64,000 nt of DNA, taken from NCBI GenBank assembly GCA_016189835.1, contig JACPRU010000040.1, forward strand, positions 1,230-65,229, read 5' to 3'. Source of the stretch: Deltaproteobacteria bacterium (GTDB lineage Bacteria > Desulfobacterota > Binatia > JACPRU01). Shown here one piece after another: positions 22,340 through 31,316 of the stretch; within the stretch, counting starts at the first letter, position 1, and each line of letters opens with the position of its first letter. Made by a program: the position numbers and the translations under genes. A model generated the notes under the pieces. That model worked only from the letters and a program-made list of their open reading frames with translations. It was not told the origin of the DNA and made no database searches.

Positions 22340-23104
22340 TCACAACCGCAGGCAGGCCTCGGCGGCCGCCGCGAACAACCGCTCGCGCTCGCGCTCGAGC
22401 CTCAACCAGTCGCGATGGTCGTGCTCGTCGCCGCTCACGTCGTCGCCGCCGTACACCACCTGCCCGATGGTCACGCCGCGGAAGCGCGCCACCGCGAACA
22501 GCGCCGCCGCCTCCATCTCGACCACCGCGCAGCCCTCCTCGCGGCGCGCCCGCACCTTGTCGCGGGTCTCCCGGAAGATCGCGTCGGTGGTCCAGCTGAG
22601 CGCCGTGCGACACGGCTGGCCGCGCTCGCGAAGCACGGCCTCGAGCGCCGCCGTCGCCTCCGGCGAGGCTTCGACGACGCGGCCGGGCGGCAAGTAGTGA
22701 TAGGACGTCCCCTCGTCGCGCACGGCGCCGGACAGGACGATTGCCTGGCCGGCGGCGATCGCCGAATCGAGCACCCCGGCGCCGCCGCACACTACGAACT
22801 TGCGGCAACCGCGCGCGATCACGCTCTCGAGGAGCGCCGCCGCCAGCGGCGCGCCGACGCCGGGATGGATGAGCGCGAGCCGACGGCCGTCGAGCGAGAT
22901 CTCGTAGAGCGGGTGCAAGCCGATCTCGCTGCGAATCGACTTGACCATGCGCAGCCGCTGCTGGGCGGCGAGCCCGTCGATGACGTCCTGGAAGAAGGTC
23001 ACGACGCAGTGCTCGGCGACGTCGATGCGCCGGTTGTACCGCGACGGCTCGATCACCGCCGCGGGCGCGGGATCGAACTCGAGGATCGGGGCTTCGCGCC
23101 TCAC
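22340..23104 (-). CDS. Nucleoside phosphorylase family (PNP_UDP_1) protein
   Basis: 254 aa from GTG 23104 (GTGA overlap with the upstream stop). Motifs GVGAPLAAALLE, VCGGAGVL, VVEMEAAALFAVA. Confidence 0.75.
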   Translation of the reverse strand: MRREAPILEFDPAPAAVIEPSRYNRRIDVAEHCVVTFFQDVIDGLAAQQRLRMVKSIRSEIGLHPLYEISLDGRRLALIHPGVGAPLAAALLESVIARGCRKFVVCGGAGVLDSAIAAGQAIVLSGAVRDEGTSYHYLPPGRVVEASPEATAALEAVLRERGQPCRTALSWTTDAIFRETRDKVRARREEGCAVVEMEAAALFAVARFRGVTIGQVVYGGDDVSGDEHDHRDWLRLERERERLFAAAAEACLRL

Positions 23105-23496
23105 TCGACGCGGACCCGCCCGAGCGCCTTGACGTTCGTGCAGCGGTCGACGCCGCCGAGGTTGCACTCCTCGAGGTTCGGAATCAGGAAGCGCACGGGG
23201 CCGCCCTTGGCCGCCGGCAGCGGCTCGCTTCCCAGCCGGTAGACGAGCACCGCCGACAGCAGCGAGGCGAGCGGCGCCTGCTGCGAGAACGAGCCGTCCA
23301 CGGATTCGAGCGTGACGCGGCTCGCCGCCGGCGACGGATCGACGGCCTCGAGCAGCGAGCGAAACGGCACCGCGCCGCCCTCCCGCCCGGGGACGAGCGC
23401 GGCCACGTCGGCGACCTGACCGGGAAGCGCCGCGAGGTCCGCGAAACCGAAGTCGCCGGGCCGATGGACGTCGCCCTCCACGCGCAGCATCTCCAC
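23101..23496 (-). CDS. Small molybdopterin-binding oxidoreductase-like domain protein
   Basis: 131 aa: LRVEGDVHRPGDFGFADLAALP...GGPVRFLIPN...CTNVKALGRVRV. Resembles the Mo-cofactor-binding domain of the sulfite-oxidase/YedY family. Translationally coupled to the phosphorylase gene. Confidence 0.5.
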   Translation of the reverse strand: MEMLRVEGDVHRPGDFGFADLAALPGQVADVAALVPGREGGAVPFRSLLEAVDPSPAASRVTLESVDGSFSQQAPLASLLSAVLVYRLGSEPLPAAKGGPVRFLIPNLEECNLGGVDRCTNVKALGRVRVE

Positions 23497-23591
23497 TCAC
23501 CCTAGAGAATTCGCCGGTCCTTGGAAAGAACGGTCGGGAACCCCGGGAACTCTGGAGACGACGCCGCGGTTCGGGTAAGAAAACGGCGTCC

Positions 23592-25235
23592 ATGAGCCGG
23601 GAAGGATCACCGATGCGGGGTCAGAAGCTCGTGACGATGGCTTGTCTGCTGTGGGCCGCGATCGCCCGCGGCGAAGGCGCGCTGCCGCCGGGTGCCTTGA
23701 TGAGCGGCCTCGGCGACCACCACCATCCCATCAAGATCCGCAGCACCCTCGGCCAGAAGCTCTTCGACCAGGGGCTGACGCTGGTCTACGGATTCAACCA
23801 CGAAGAAGCCATCCGCTCCTTCCGGCGCGCGGCCGCGCTCGATCCCGAGGCGGCGATGCCGCTCTGGGGCATCGCCTACGCGCTCGGCCCGAACCTCAAT
23901 CTCGACGTCGACCCGGAGCGGGAGAAACAGGCCTACGAGGCGGTTCGCCGGGCGCTGCAGGTCGCCGAGGGAGCGCCCGAGAACGAGCGCGCCTACGTGA
24001 CGGCGCTCTCCAAGCGCTACTCGGAGGACCCGAACGCCGATCTCAAGCAGCTCGCCGCCGACTTCGCCGCGGCGATGCGCGACCTCTCGGAGCGCTACCC
24101 GGACGACCTCGACGCCGCGACGCTGTACGCCGAGAGCCTGATGGACCTGAACCCGTGGAAGCTGTGGACCGCCGACGGCCGGCCGGCGGAACGAACCGAG
24201 GAGATCGTCGCGGTTCTCGAGTCCGTGCTGCGGCGCGACCCGAACCACATCGGCGCCAACCACTACTACATTCACGCAGTGGAGGCATCGACGACGCCGG
24301 AGCGGGCGCTGGCGTCGGCAGCCCGCCTCGAGAAGCTCGTGCCGAACGCCGGCCACCTCGTGCACATGCCCGCGCACGTCTACATGCGAACCGGCGATTA
24401 CGCAGCGTCGGCCCGAGCGAACGCCGAGGCCGCGCGGGTCGACGAAGCCTACATCAAGGCCCGCGACGTGCAGGGCTTCTACCCGCTGATGTACTACAAC
24501 CACAACCTGGATTTTCTCTCCGCCGCCTCCTCGATGGCGGGCCGCTACGAAGACGCGCGGAAGGCATCGGAGCGAGCTTCGGCCAACATCGCCCCGCTCG
24601 TGAAGGACATGCCGATGGGCGAGTTCCTGGTGCCGCGCCCGCTGCTGGTGGACCTGCGCTTCCAGCGCTGGAGCCAGGTGTTGAAGGCGTCCGAGCCGCC
24701 CGAAGACCTGCCGACCTCGCGGGCGATCTGGCGCTACGCGCGCGGGGTGGCGCTGGCCGCGAAGGGCGACGTGGCCGCCGCCGCGCAGGAGCGGGCGGCG
24801 CTCGACGCCGAGTCGGCGAGGGTCGCCGACGGCGCCCCGTGGGGGCTCAACTCCACGAAGGCGGTGCTGGCGGTGGCCCAGGCCTCGCTCGACGCGCGCA
24901 TCGCCGCCGCCCGGCAGGATCGCCAGGCGGCGATCGCCGCCTGGCGGCTGGCCGTCGATGCCGAGGACCGGCTCGCCTACGACGAGCCCCCGCCGTGGTA
25001 CTACCCGGTGCGCGAGTCGCTCGGCGCGGCGCTGCTCGCTGACGGCCAGAAGGAAGAGGCGGAGAAGGTCTTTCGCGATGACCTGCGGCGGAACCCGCGC
25101 AATCCGCGCTCGCTGTTCGGTCTCTGGGAGACCCTCAAGGCGCAGAAGAAGACCGCCGACTCCGAATGGGTGCGCCGGGCGTTTCAAGAAGCGTGGAAGG
25201 GGGCGGACGCCGAGCTGCGGCTGGAGGACCTCTGA
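23592..25235 (+). CDS. Secreted TPR-repeat protein
   Basis: Signal-peptide-like N-terminus (alternative ATG at 23613, MRGQKLVTMACLLWAAIARG). Helical repeat content, with FNHEEAIRSFRRAALDPEAAM-type TPR units. Confidence 0.5.
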   Translation: MSREGSPMRGQKLVTMACLLWAAIARGEGALPPGALMSGLGDHHHPIKIRSTLGQKLFDQGLTLVYGFNHEEAIRSFRRAAALDPEAAMPLWGIAYALGPNLNLDVDPEREKQAYEAVRRALQVAEGAPENERAYVTALSKRYSEDPNADLKQLAADFAAAMRDLSERYPDDLDAATLYAESLMDLNPWKLWTADGRPAERTEEIVAVLESVLRRDPNHIGANHYYIHAVEASTTPERALASAARLEKLVPNAGHLVHMPAHVYMRTGDYAASARANAEAARVDEAYIKARDVQGFYPLMYYNHNLDFLSAASSMAGRYEDARKASERASANIAPLVKDMPMGEFLVPRPLLVDLRFQRWSQVLKASEPPEDLPTSRAIWRYARGVALAAKGDVAAAAQERAALDAESARVADGAPWGLNSTKAVLAVAQASLDARIAAARQDRQAAIAAWRLAVDAEDRLAYDEPPPWYYPVRESLGAALLADGQKEEAEKVFRDDLRRNPRNPRSLFGLWETLKAQKKTADSEWVRRAFQEAWKGADAELRLEDL

Positions 25236-25261
25236 CGTCGAGTCCGCGCGCGCATGAAAGG

Positions 25262-25348
25262 CTACACGAGCCCGACGTGCACGCCGCGGAAATCGGCGAC
25301 GGCGGAGTCGAGGTCGCGGGCGACGACGACGAACTGGCGAACTCTCAT
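25262..25348 (-). pseudogene. Remnant: first 28 codons of a glyoxalase/VOC-like protein
   Basis: MRVRQFVVVARDLDSAVADFRGVHVGLV then a stop. High GC3. ATGA overlap with the upstream VanZ-like stop. It is truncated 26 nt from the convergent TPR gene end. Confidence 0.3.
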
Positions 25349-26043
25349 GAGGCCTCCGTGCTCCGGCGGGCCAGTCGCCCGAGCCAGATCGGCACGGCGG
25401 CCGCGATCGAGTTGACCGCGACGTCGCGCCAGTCGAAGTAGCGGCCCGGCGTGGCGCCCTGGGTGCATTCATCGACGAAACCCACGAGCGAGGTCAAGGC
25501 CAAGGCCGCCCACGGCGCGCCTCGGCCGGCCGCCGGCGCGAGCATCCACCAGGCGAGCAACGACAGCACGCCGTACTCCGCGATGTGCACCACCTCGTCG
25601 GGAGCCGCGCTCAGGTAGGCGATCAGCGCGCCGTAGGCGAGCGCGGCGGCGGCCGCCGCCCGAGCGCGCAGCCGTCGCCAGCCGTAGACGATCGCCCCGG
25701 CGGCGAAGGCGAGGCCGGCCGAGCCGATCAGCCAGCGAGAATATCCCGCGCGGACCACCGCCTCGCTGATCGGACGCACGGCGGGGATCGACCACAGAAC
25801 GGCGTCGACGTAGACGGTCACGACGAGCGCGCGCAGCGCCGGACGCGCTGCCGGCCGCGCCGTGGCCGGTGCGATGGCTCTTCCCGCGCCCGTCTCGTTC
25901 TCCCGCCGCCTCGTGGACGGGCAACTTGCCAGAAGCGGGGGCGAGCGCTCAACCCCGCGCCGCTCGCGCCGCGGCGGATTGTAGATGTTGCAGCCGCTGC
26001 CGCACCAGGCGCCGGCCACGTGCAGGGGCGTGCTCAAGCTCAC
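25345..26043 (-). CDS. VanZ-like family membrane protein (N-terminal about 60 aa of different origin)
   Basis: The C-terminal 150 aa have 4 TM helices and GFVDECTQGATPGRYFDWRDVAVNSIAA (VanZ signature). The only canonical in-frame starts are GTG 26043 and GTG 26019, which lie inside sequence that looks like the tail of a pilin-associated protein. Confidence 0.55.
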   Translation of the reverse strand: MSLSTPLHVAGAWCGSGCNIYNPPRRERRGVERSPPLLASCPSTRRRENETGAGRAIAPATARPAARPALRALVVTVYVDAVLWSIPAVRPISEAVVRAGYSRWLIGSAGLAFAAGAIVYGWRRLRARAAAAAALAYGALIAYLSAAPDEVVHIAEYGVLSLLAWWMLAPAAGRGAPWAALALTSLVGFVDECTQGATPGRYFDWRDVAVNSIAAAVPIWLGRLARRSTEAS

Positions 26044-26504
26044 GAACGAGCCGCGATAGGTGAGCGTGAGCTGCGGACTCGCCGCCGCCGAGCTCCAGTC
26101 CTCGTGGAAGCGAGGGTAGTTCTCGAGGCCGCCGTTGTAGTTTCCGGGGGCGGTCGAGTCGACTCCGGCGAGGAACGCCGAGTAGAGGACCGTGCTCGAC
26201 GCCGGGCGCGCGGCCAGCGGCGCCCGGCTCTTCTGTGAACCGTGAACGCCGCGCCGTTGAAAACGTCCGGAGCGTTCACGGGGAAGGGATCTCGGGTGGC
26301 GATGCTCGCGTAGAGGAGCGAGCGAAGGTCTTCCATCTCGCGCTCCGCCAGGGCGACCGCGTGCGCGTCGAAGGCGTGCGAGCGAGTCGTCGTCATCGAC
26401 AGCGTCAACATGCTGGTGGCCGCCGCCGTGCCGACCGCGAGAATCGTCGAGGCGACCAGCGCCTCGACCACGCTGAACCCACGAACACGGCTCGCGCGTC
26501 GCAT
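25954..26504 (-). pseudogene. Prepilin-type (PilV/pseudopilin-like) gene with frame disruption
   Basis: The N-terminus MRRASRVRGFSVVEALVASTILAVG is a prepilin cleavage/methylation motif. Near 26225..26260 the coding signal (GC3) shifts frame to APLAARPASSTVLYSAFLAGVDSTAPGNYNGGLENYPRFHEDW...TYRGSFVSL...IYNPP, which runs in-frame into the VanZ-like ORF. Confidence 0.55.
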
Positions 26505-26584
26505 CGATCAGCTCGGGTTGACTTGCCCGAAAGGCCAGACCTCGACCGTCAGCTGCCGAGTTTATGTAGCAAGAAACAAACTGA

Positions 26585-27784
26585 TCAGCGGTCGACCAGC
26601 CCCTCGCTTTGCAAGTAGCGGAAGACCAGATTCGCCATCAGCTCTTGTCCCTCGCGGCCGTAGTGACGATCGCACCTGAAGCTCAGCCCGGGAAAGCCGA
26701 GCCCGCGCTCGCGCACGTAGGCCTGGGCGTCGTCGAACATGTCGTAGTAGTGCGCGATGCCGAGCTTCGCGCAGATCTCGCCGAGGCGGCGCCCCGGATG
26801 ATGCGGGGAGAGCGCGACCCCGCTGCGCAGCGACGTGAGTTGCAGCCAGTTGGGATCGAGCTGATAGGGGTCGGCGATGTCGACGACGACCAGCTTCGTG
26901 CCCCGCGCGCGCGTCAGCGCGTGCAGCCGGGCGAGCGAGGTTTCGACGATCGCCCAGGCGCGTCGCGCCTTCGCGTCTTCCTCGGGGATGTAGGGCCGGG
27001 CCAGCGCACGGCGGAGATCCCAGCGCAGGTTGACCCAGGCTTGCAGCTGCTGGCCGAGCGCGCGCCCTCCGAAGTACAGCAGCCGCACGATGCACCATCG
27101 GCTCTCGCGGCGCTCGGCGCCGTCCGGCGCCTCTTGCTCGGAGACCGCGGTCAGGATTTCGTCGCGGGTCTCGACGCGCCGGTAGACGAAGTTCAGATCC
27201 CGATCGATGAACTGCTCCTTGACGGGATCGAGCAGGTCTTCGAGGTCGTTGTAATTGAGGAAGAAGAGGATGACGATCTCGGGATCGAAGAAGCGAGCGA
27301 AGTTGTCGTAGAGCACCAGCTCGTCGATCGTCGAGAAGTATCCCGAGACGCCGAAGTTGAGCACCTGGAATTCCGGCCCGAGGCGCTCCCCCAGGAAATG
27401 CGCGGCGATCTCGTCCTCGTCGTTGCCCATGCCCTCTACGAACGAGTCGCCGAGCAGCGCGATCCTCCGTCCCCCGGGCCGGATCGGCCCGCCGCGCATG
27501 CCGAGCTCGTTGGTGCGGTAGAGCGCGTCGAAGCAAGGCGCGTGGTGGCGGACCTCGTTGCGGGGGAAATGCCACACGCCCCAGTAGGGGTTCGAGCTGA
27601 GGAACGGGCGGCTCTGATGCTCGTAGCGGGCGGCGGGCGACGAGCACCACGACGCGCGCAGCGCGATCTCCCCGCCCGCCAGCGCCGCCGCCACGCCGGC
27701 GGCGATCAGGGCGAGGCGCTGACCGGCCCACCGCAGTCCCTTCCGCGCCGCCGCGGGCGCCCGTTTCTCTCGCCGCGCGCTCAG
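26585..27784 (-). CDS. SGNH/GDSL-type hydrolase with N-terminal membrane anchor
   Basis: RIALLGDSFVEG (GDS block), FGVSGY, and an N-terminal TM (LALIAAGVAAALAGG). There is no ATG/GTG/TTG upstream of the TM. CTG 27784 overlapping the ACAD stop (CTGA) is my best guess. Start uncertain. Confidence 0.6.
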   Translation of the reverse strand: MSARREKRAPAAARKGLRWAGQRLALIAAGVAAALAGGEIALRASWCSSPAARYEHQSRPFLSSNPYWGVWHFPRNEVRHHAPCFDALYRTNELGMRGGPIRPGGRRIALLGDSFVEGMGNDEDEIAAHFLGERLGPEFQVLNFGVSGYFSTIDELVLYDNFARFFDPEIVILFFLNYNDLEDLLDPVKEQFIDRDLNFVYRRVETRDEILTAVSEQEAPDGAERRESRWCIVRLLYFGGRALGQQLQAWVNLRWDLRRALARPYIPEEDAKARRAWAIVETSLARLHALTRARGTKLVVVDIADPYQLDPNWLQLTSLRSGVALSPHHPGRRLGEICAKLGIAHYYDMFDDAQAYVRERGLGFPGLSFRCDRHYGREGQELMANLVFRYLQSEGLVDR

Positions 27785-28935
27785 CCGTCGAGCCCGAGTC
27801 GGCGAGCGATGATCACCTTCATGATCTCGTTCGAGCCGGCGTAGATCGATTGCACGGCGGCGTCGGCGTAGTCGGTGGCGATCGGATACTCCATCATGAA
27901 TCCGTAGCCGCCGTGGAGCTGCAGGCACTGGCTGGTCAACCGTTTCTGCAGCTCGGTCATCCACCACTTGCCCATGCTCACCTCGGTGACGATCTCGTCG
28001 CCGCGCACGTGCGCGGCCAGCAGCTTGTCGACGAACGCCTGCCCGATCTCCACCTCCGTGGCGAGCTCGGCGAGCTTGAACTGCGTGTTCTGGAAACGGG
28101 CGATCGGCTTGCCGAACGCGGTGCGCTCGAGCGTGTAACGCATGGTGTCGTCGAGCGAGCGGCGCGAGGAGGCGACCGAGCTGACGCAGATGACCAGACG
28201 CTCCTGTTGCAGCTTCTCCATGAGCTGCTTGAAGCCGAGGCCTTCCTCGGTGCCGAGTAGGTTCTTCGCCGGTACGCGGCAGTCCTCGAAGAGGATCTCG
28301 CTGGTGTCCTGTCCGCGCAGGCCGAGCTTGTCGAGCTTGCGCCCGCGGACGAAACCCGGAGAATCGGCTTCGACGAGGATCAGGCTGATGCCGCGACGCG
28401 GCGGCTCCGCCTTCGGGTCGGTCTTCGCCACCACGATGAACAGATCGCCGATCTGTCCGTTGGAGATGAACATCTTCGAGCCGTTCAGCACGTAGTGGTC
28501 GCCGTCGCGCCGCGCGGTGGTCTGGATGGCGGCGAGATCCGATCCGGTGCCGGGCTCGGTCATGCAGATGCCGAGGATGGCCTCGCCGCGGATCGCCGCG
28601 GTCAAGTAGCGGCGCTTCTGCTCCTCGGTGCCGAAGCTGGTGAGGTAGGGCATGCACACGTCGGAATGCAGCGGGACGGCCAGGCCGTGCGCGCGCACGC
28701 GCGCGATCTCCTCGATGACGATCGCGTCGTAGAGGAAGTCGCCGCCTGCGCCGCCGTACTCGACGGGAGCGTTCGTGCCGAGCAGGCCTTCCTCGCCGAA
28801 GCGCTTCCAGATCGCGCGGTCGACCATGCCGCGCTCGTTCCACTCGGCGACTTTGGGCGCCACCTCCTTGTCGACGAAGCGGCGCACCTGGTCGCGGAAC
28901 AGCTCATGCTCCTCGCTGAAGATCTCCCGTTTCAT
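27781..28935 (-). CDS. Acyl-CoA dehydrogenase
   Basis: 384 aa, ACAD motifs throughout (CMTEPGTGSDLAAI, GSKMFISNG, QLHGGYGFMMEYP, IYAGSNEI). Confidence 0.9.
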   Translation of the reverse strand: MKREIFSEEHELFRDQVRRFVDKEVAPKVAEWNERGMVDRAIWKRFGEEGLLGTNAPVEYGGAGGDFLYDAIVIEEIARVRAHGLAVPLHSDVCMPYLTSFGTEEQKRRYLTAAIRGEAILGICMTEPGTGSDLAAIQTTARRDGDHYVLNGSKMFISNGQIGDLFIVVAKTDPKAEPPRRGISLILVEADSPGFVRGRKLDKLGLRGQDTSEILFEDCRVPAKNLLGTEEGLGFKQLMEKLQQERLVICVSSVASSRRSLDDTMRYTLERTAFGKPIARFQNTQFKLAELATEVEIGQAFVDKLLAAHVRGDEIVTEVSMGKWWMTELQKRLTSQCLQLHGGYGFMMEYPIATDYADAAVQSIYAGSNEIMKVIIARRLGLDG

Positions 28936-29243
28936 TCTCGCCTCCGATGCTCGGGCCGGCGCGACGCGGAAGCATCTTCGACGTCGTCAGCCCGTCGGGC
29001 GCTCTCGCCGCATCCCGACCGAAACGCCGAATCATATCGTGCGGCAAGAGGCTGCGCCACTCGGGTCCGTCCGGGGCGCGGCCGCCCTCGCGGCCACCGC
29101 TTCCCGCGCGCCGAATGGCGAGCGGCCGGGGCAGCGGCCCGGGCGGCGGCGGTTCCGGGCTTGGATTGTCGAGCGGTTTCGTGAGACAAGAGGATACGAT
29201 CGCGGTCGGTCGGTGCACCGGTCGGTATGCGGGGGCGGGAACG

Positions 29244-30686
29244 GTGGACGAAGCCCATTCCTTCGATCTCGTGGTCATCGGTTCCGGGCCGGCGGGGGAG
29301 AAGGGCGCCGCGCAGGCGGCGTACTTCGGCAAGCGGGTGGCGATCGTCGAGCGGGAGGCGGTGTTCGGCGGCGCCGCCGCCAACACCGGCACGCTGCCCA
29401 GCAAGACGCTGCGCGAGACCTCGCTGACGCTTTCGGGCTTCCGCAATCGCGGGCTCTACGGCGTCGATCTGTCGCTGCGCCGCCAGGCCACGGTGCCGGA
29501 CTTGATGCGCCGTGCGGGCGCGATCATGGCGACCGAGCGCGAGCGCATCCGAGCGAATCTCGACCGCCACCGGATCGCCACCTTCCGAGGGGAGGGATCG
29601 TTCGTCGACCCGCACACCGTACGCGCCACCCCGCGCGGCAAGCCGCCGGTCGACCTGCGCGCGGAGATCGTGCTGATCGCCACCGGCTCGAGCCCGCGCC
29701 GCACGCCCCTATTTCCCTTCGGCCACCCCCTGGTCTTCGACTCGGACGAGATCCTGAAGATCGACCGCTTGCCGCGCACGCTGGCGGTGGTCGGCGGCGG
29801 CGTGATCGGCGCCGAGTACGCCTCGACGTTCGCCGCGCTCGAGATCGAGGTGTCGCTGATCGAGGGGCGCGACCGGCTGCTCCAGTTCCTCGACGGCGAA
29901 ATCGCCGAGGCGCTGCGCAAGGGCATGCAGCATCTGGGGATCCGCTTCTACATGCCGAAGCGCGTGGTGAGCTGCGAGGCCGGCGCCGAATCGGTCACGC
30001 TGCGGCTCGACGGCGGGGAGAGCGTGACGGCCGAGGCCGTGCTGGTGTCGGCGGGGCGGGTGAGCAACACGGCGACGCTCGATCTCGCTGCCGCGGGCAT
30101 CCGCTGCGGCGAGCACGGGCTCATCCCGGTGGACGAGCACTTCCGCACCTCGGCGCCGAACGTCTATGCCGCCGGAGACGTGATCGGCTTCCCCGCGCTC
30201 GCGTCGACGTCGATGGAGCAGGCGCGACTGGCGATGGTCCACGCGTTCGACCTGCGGTACAAGAAGGCGCTGGCGCCCGTGCTGCCCTACGGCATCTACA
30301 CGATCCCCGAGGTGTCGATGGCCGGCGAGACCGAGGAATCGCTCACCGCCAAGGGGATCGACTACGTGGTCGGGCGCGCCGCCTATCAGCAGAACGCCCG
30401 GGGGCAGATCATCGGCGATCGCGAGGGCATGCTGAAGCTCCTGTTCGAGCGCCGCGGCCTGCGGCTCCTCGGCGTGCACGTGCTCGGGGAGCAGGCGACC
30501 GAGCTGGTCCACGTGGGGCTCACCGCGCTGCTCGCCGGCGCCGGCGCCGATCTCTTCATCCAGACCTGCTACAACTACCCGACGCTCGCCGAGACCTACA
30601 AGTACGCGACGTACGACGCGATGGGGAAGCGCGACGCCGCCGATCTGCTGAGCCGGGAGGACCCATGGCCAGGCTGCCGTACGTGA
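29244..30686 (+). CDS. sthA: Soluble pyridine nucleotide transhydrogenase (SthA/UdhA-like flavoprotein)
   Basis: 480 aa from GTG 29244 (VDEAHSFDLVVIGSGPAGE). By eye it is colinear with E. coli SthA. GGAAANTGTLPSKTLRE lacks the redox-active Cys pair, as in SthA. Also YAAGDVIGFPALAS and NYPTLAETYK. Confidence 0.8.
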   Translation: MDEAHSFDLVVIGSGPAGEKGAAQAAYFGKRVAIVEREAVFGGAAANTGTLPSKTLRETSLTLSGFRNRGLYGVDLSLRRQATVPDLMRRAGAIMATERERIRANLDRHRIATFRGEGSFVDPHTVRATPRGKPPVDLRAEIVLIATGSSPRRTPLFPFGHPLVFDSDEILKIDRLPRTLAVVGGGVIGAEYASTFAALEIEVSLIEGRDRLLQFLDGEIAEALRKGMQHLGIRFYMPKRVVSCEAGAESVTLRLDGGESVTAEAVLVSAGRVSNTATLDLAAAGIRCGEHGLIPVDEHFRTSAPNVYAAGDVIGFPALASTSMEQARLAMVHAFDLRYKKALAPVLPYGIYTIPEVSMAGETEESLTAKGIDYVVGRAAYQQNARGQIIGDREGMLKLLFERRGLRLLGVHVLGEQATELVHVGLTALLAGAGADLFIQTCYNYPTLAETYKYATYDAMGKRDAADLLSREDPWPGCRT

Positions 30687-31225
30687 TCCCGGAGAAGGCC
30701 CCCCCGCCGGTCCAGGAGACCTTCGCGCAGCTGGCGACCCCGCTCAACGTGTTCAAGATGATGGCGCACGCGGAGACCAACTTTCGGCCGCTCGTCCGTC
30801 TCGGCAGCTCGATCCTGGCGCAGCAGAAGCTGTCTGCGAAGCTCCGCGAGCTCGCGGTCCTGCGGGTCACGAGCCTGTCGGGCTGCCGCTACGAGTGGGT
30901 GCAGCACGTGTCGATCGCTCTGCTGATGGGCGCGACGCGCCTGCAGGTGGACGCGATCGAGAAGAGCGACATCCACGCCGAGTGCTTCGACGCGGTCGAG
31001 CGTCGCGTGCTCGATTTCGCCACCGAGGTGGTGCGCGACGGCCGCTGCTCGCCGCGGACCTTCTCGAGCCTGCGGGAGCACCTCTCGCCGCGCGAGATCG
31101 TCGAGCTGCTGGTGGCGATCGGCTACTATTTGATGGTCGGACGCTTGGTCGAGACTCTGGAGGTCGAGGTTGAAGCGCCGTCCGAACAGGTCGCGAACCA
31201 GGCCCGGAAGTGGCGTCCGACCTGA
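30665..31225 (+). CDS. Carboxymuconolactone decarboxylase (AhpD-like) family protein
   Basis: 186 aa with the typical CMD-family segment LRELAVLRVTSLSGCRYEWVQH. Overlaps the sthA 3' end by 22 nt. Confidence 0.7.
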   Translation: MARLPYVIPEKAPPPVQETFAQLATPLNVFKMMAHAETNFRPLVRLGSSILAQQKLSAKLRELAVLRVTSLSGCRYEWVQHVSIALLMGATRLQVDAIEKSDIHAECFDAVERRVLDFATEVVRDGRCSPRTFSSLREHLSPREIVELLVAIGYYLMVGRLVETLEVEVEAPSEQVANQARKWRPT

Positions 31226-31233
31226 TCCCCCGC

Positions 31234-31310
31234 GAAAAAGGGGTCGGGAGTCTTTTGCCGGAACGGCCCAAGGGGTGCTTCGCACAAAAGACTCCCGACC
31301 CCTTTTCGGG
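31234..31310. repeat. REP doublet (inverted pair, 27-nt spacer) between convergent genes
   Basis: GAAAAAGGGGTCGGGAGTCTTTTG ...27 nt... CAAAAGACTCCCGACCCCTTTTCGGG. Same 17-nt core as at 14.5 and 15.9 kb. Confidence 0.85.
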
Positions 31311-31316
31311 ATCTCC

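Noticed and set aside
26225-26260. Programmed ribosomal frameshift in the prepilin gene
   Set aside because: There is no X XXY YYZ slippery heptamer or downstream pseudoknot-like structure at the frame switch. A 1-nt indel (mutation or sequencing error) is more parsimonious.
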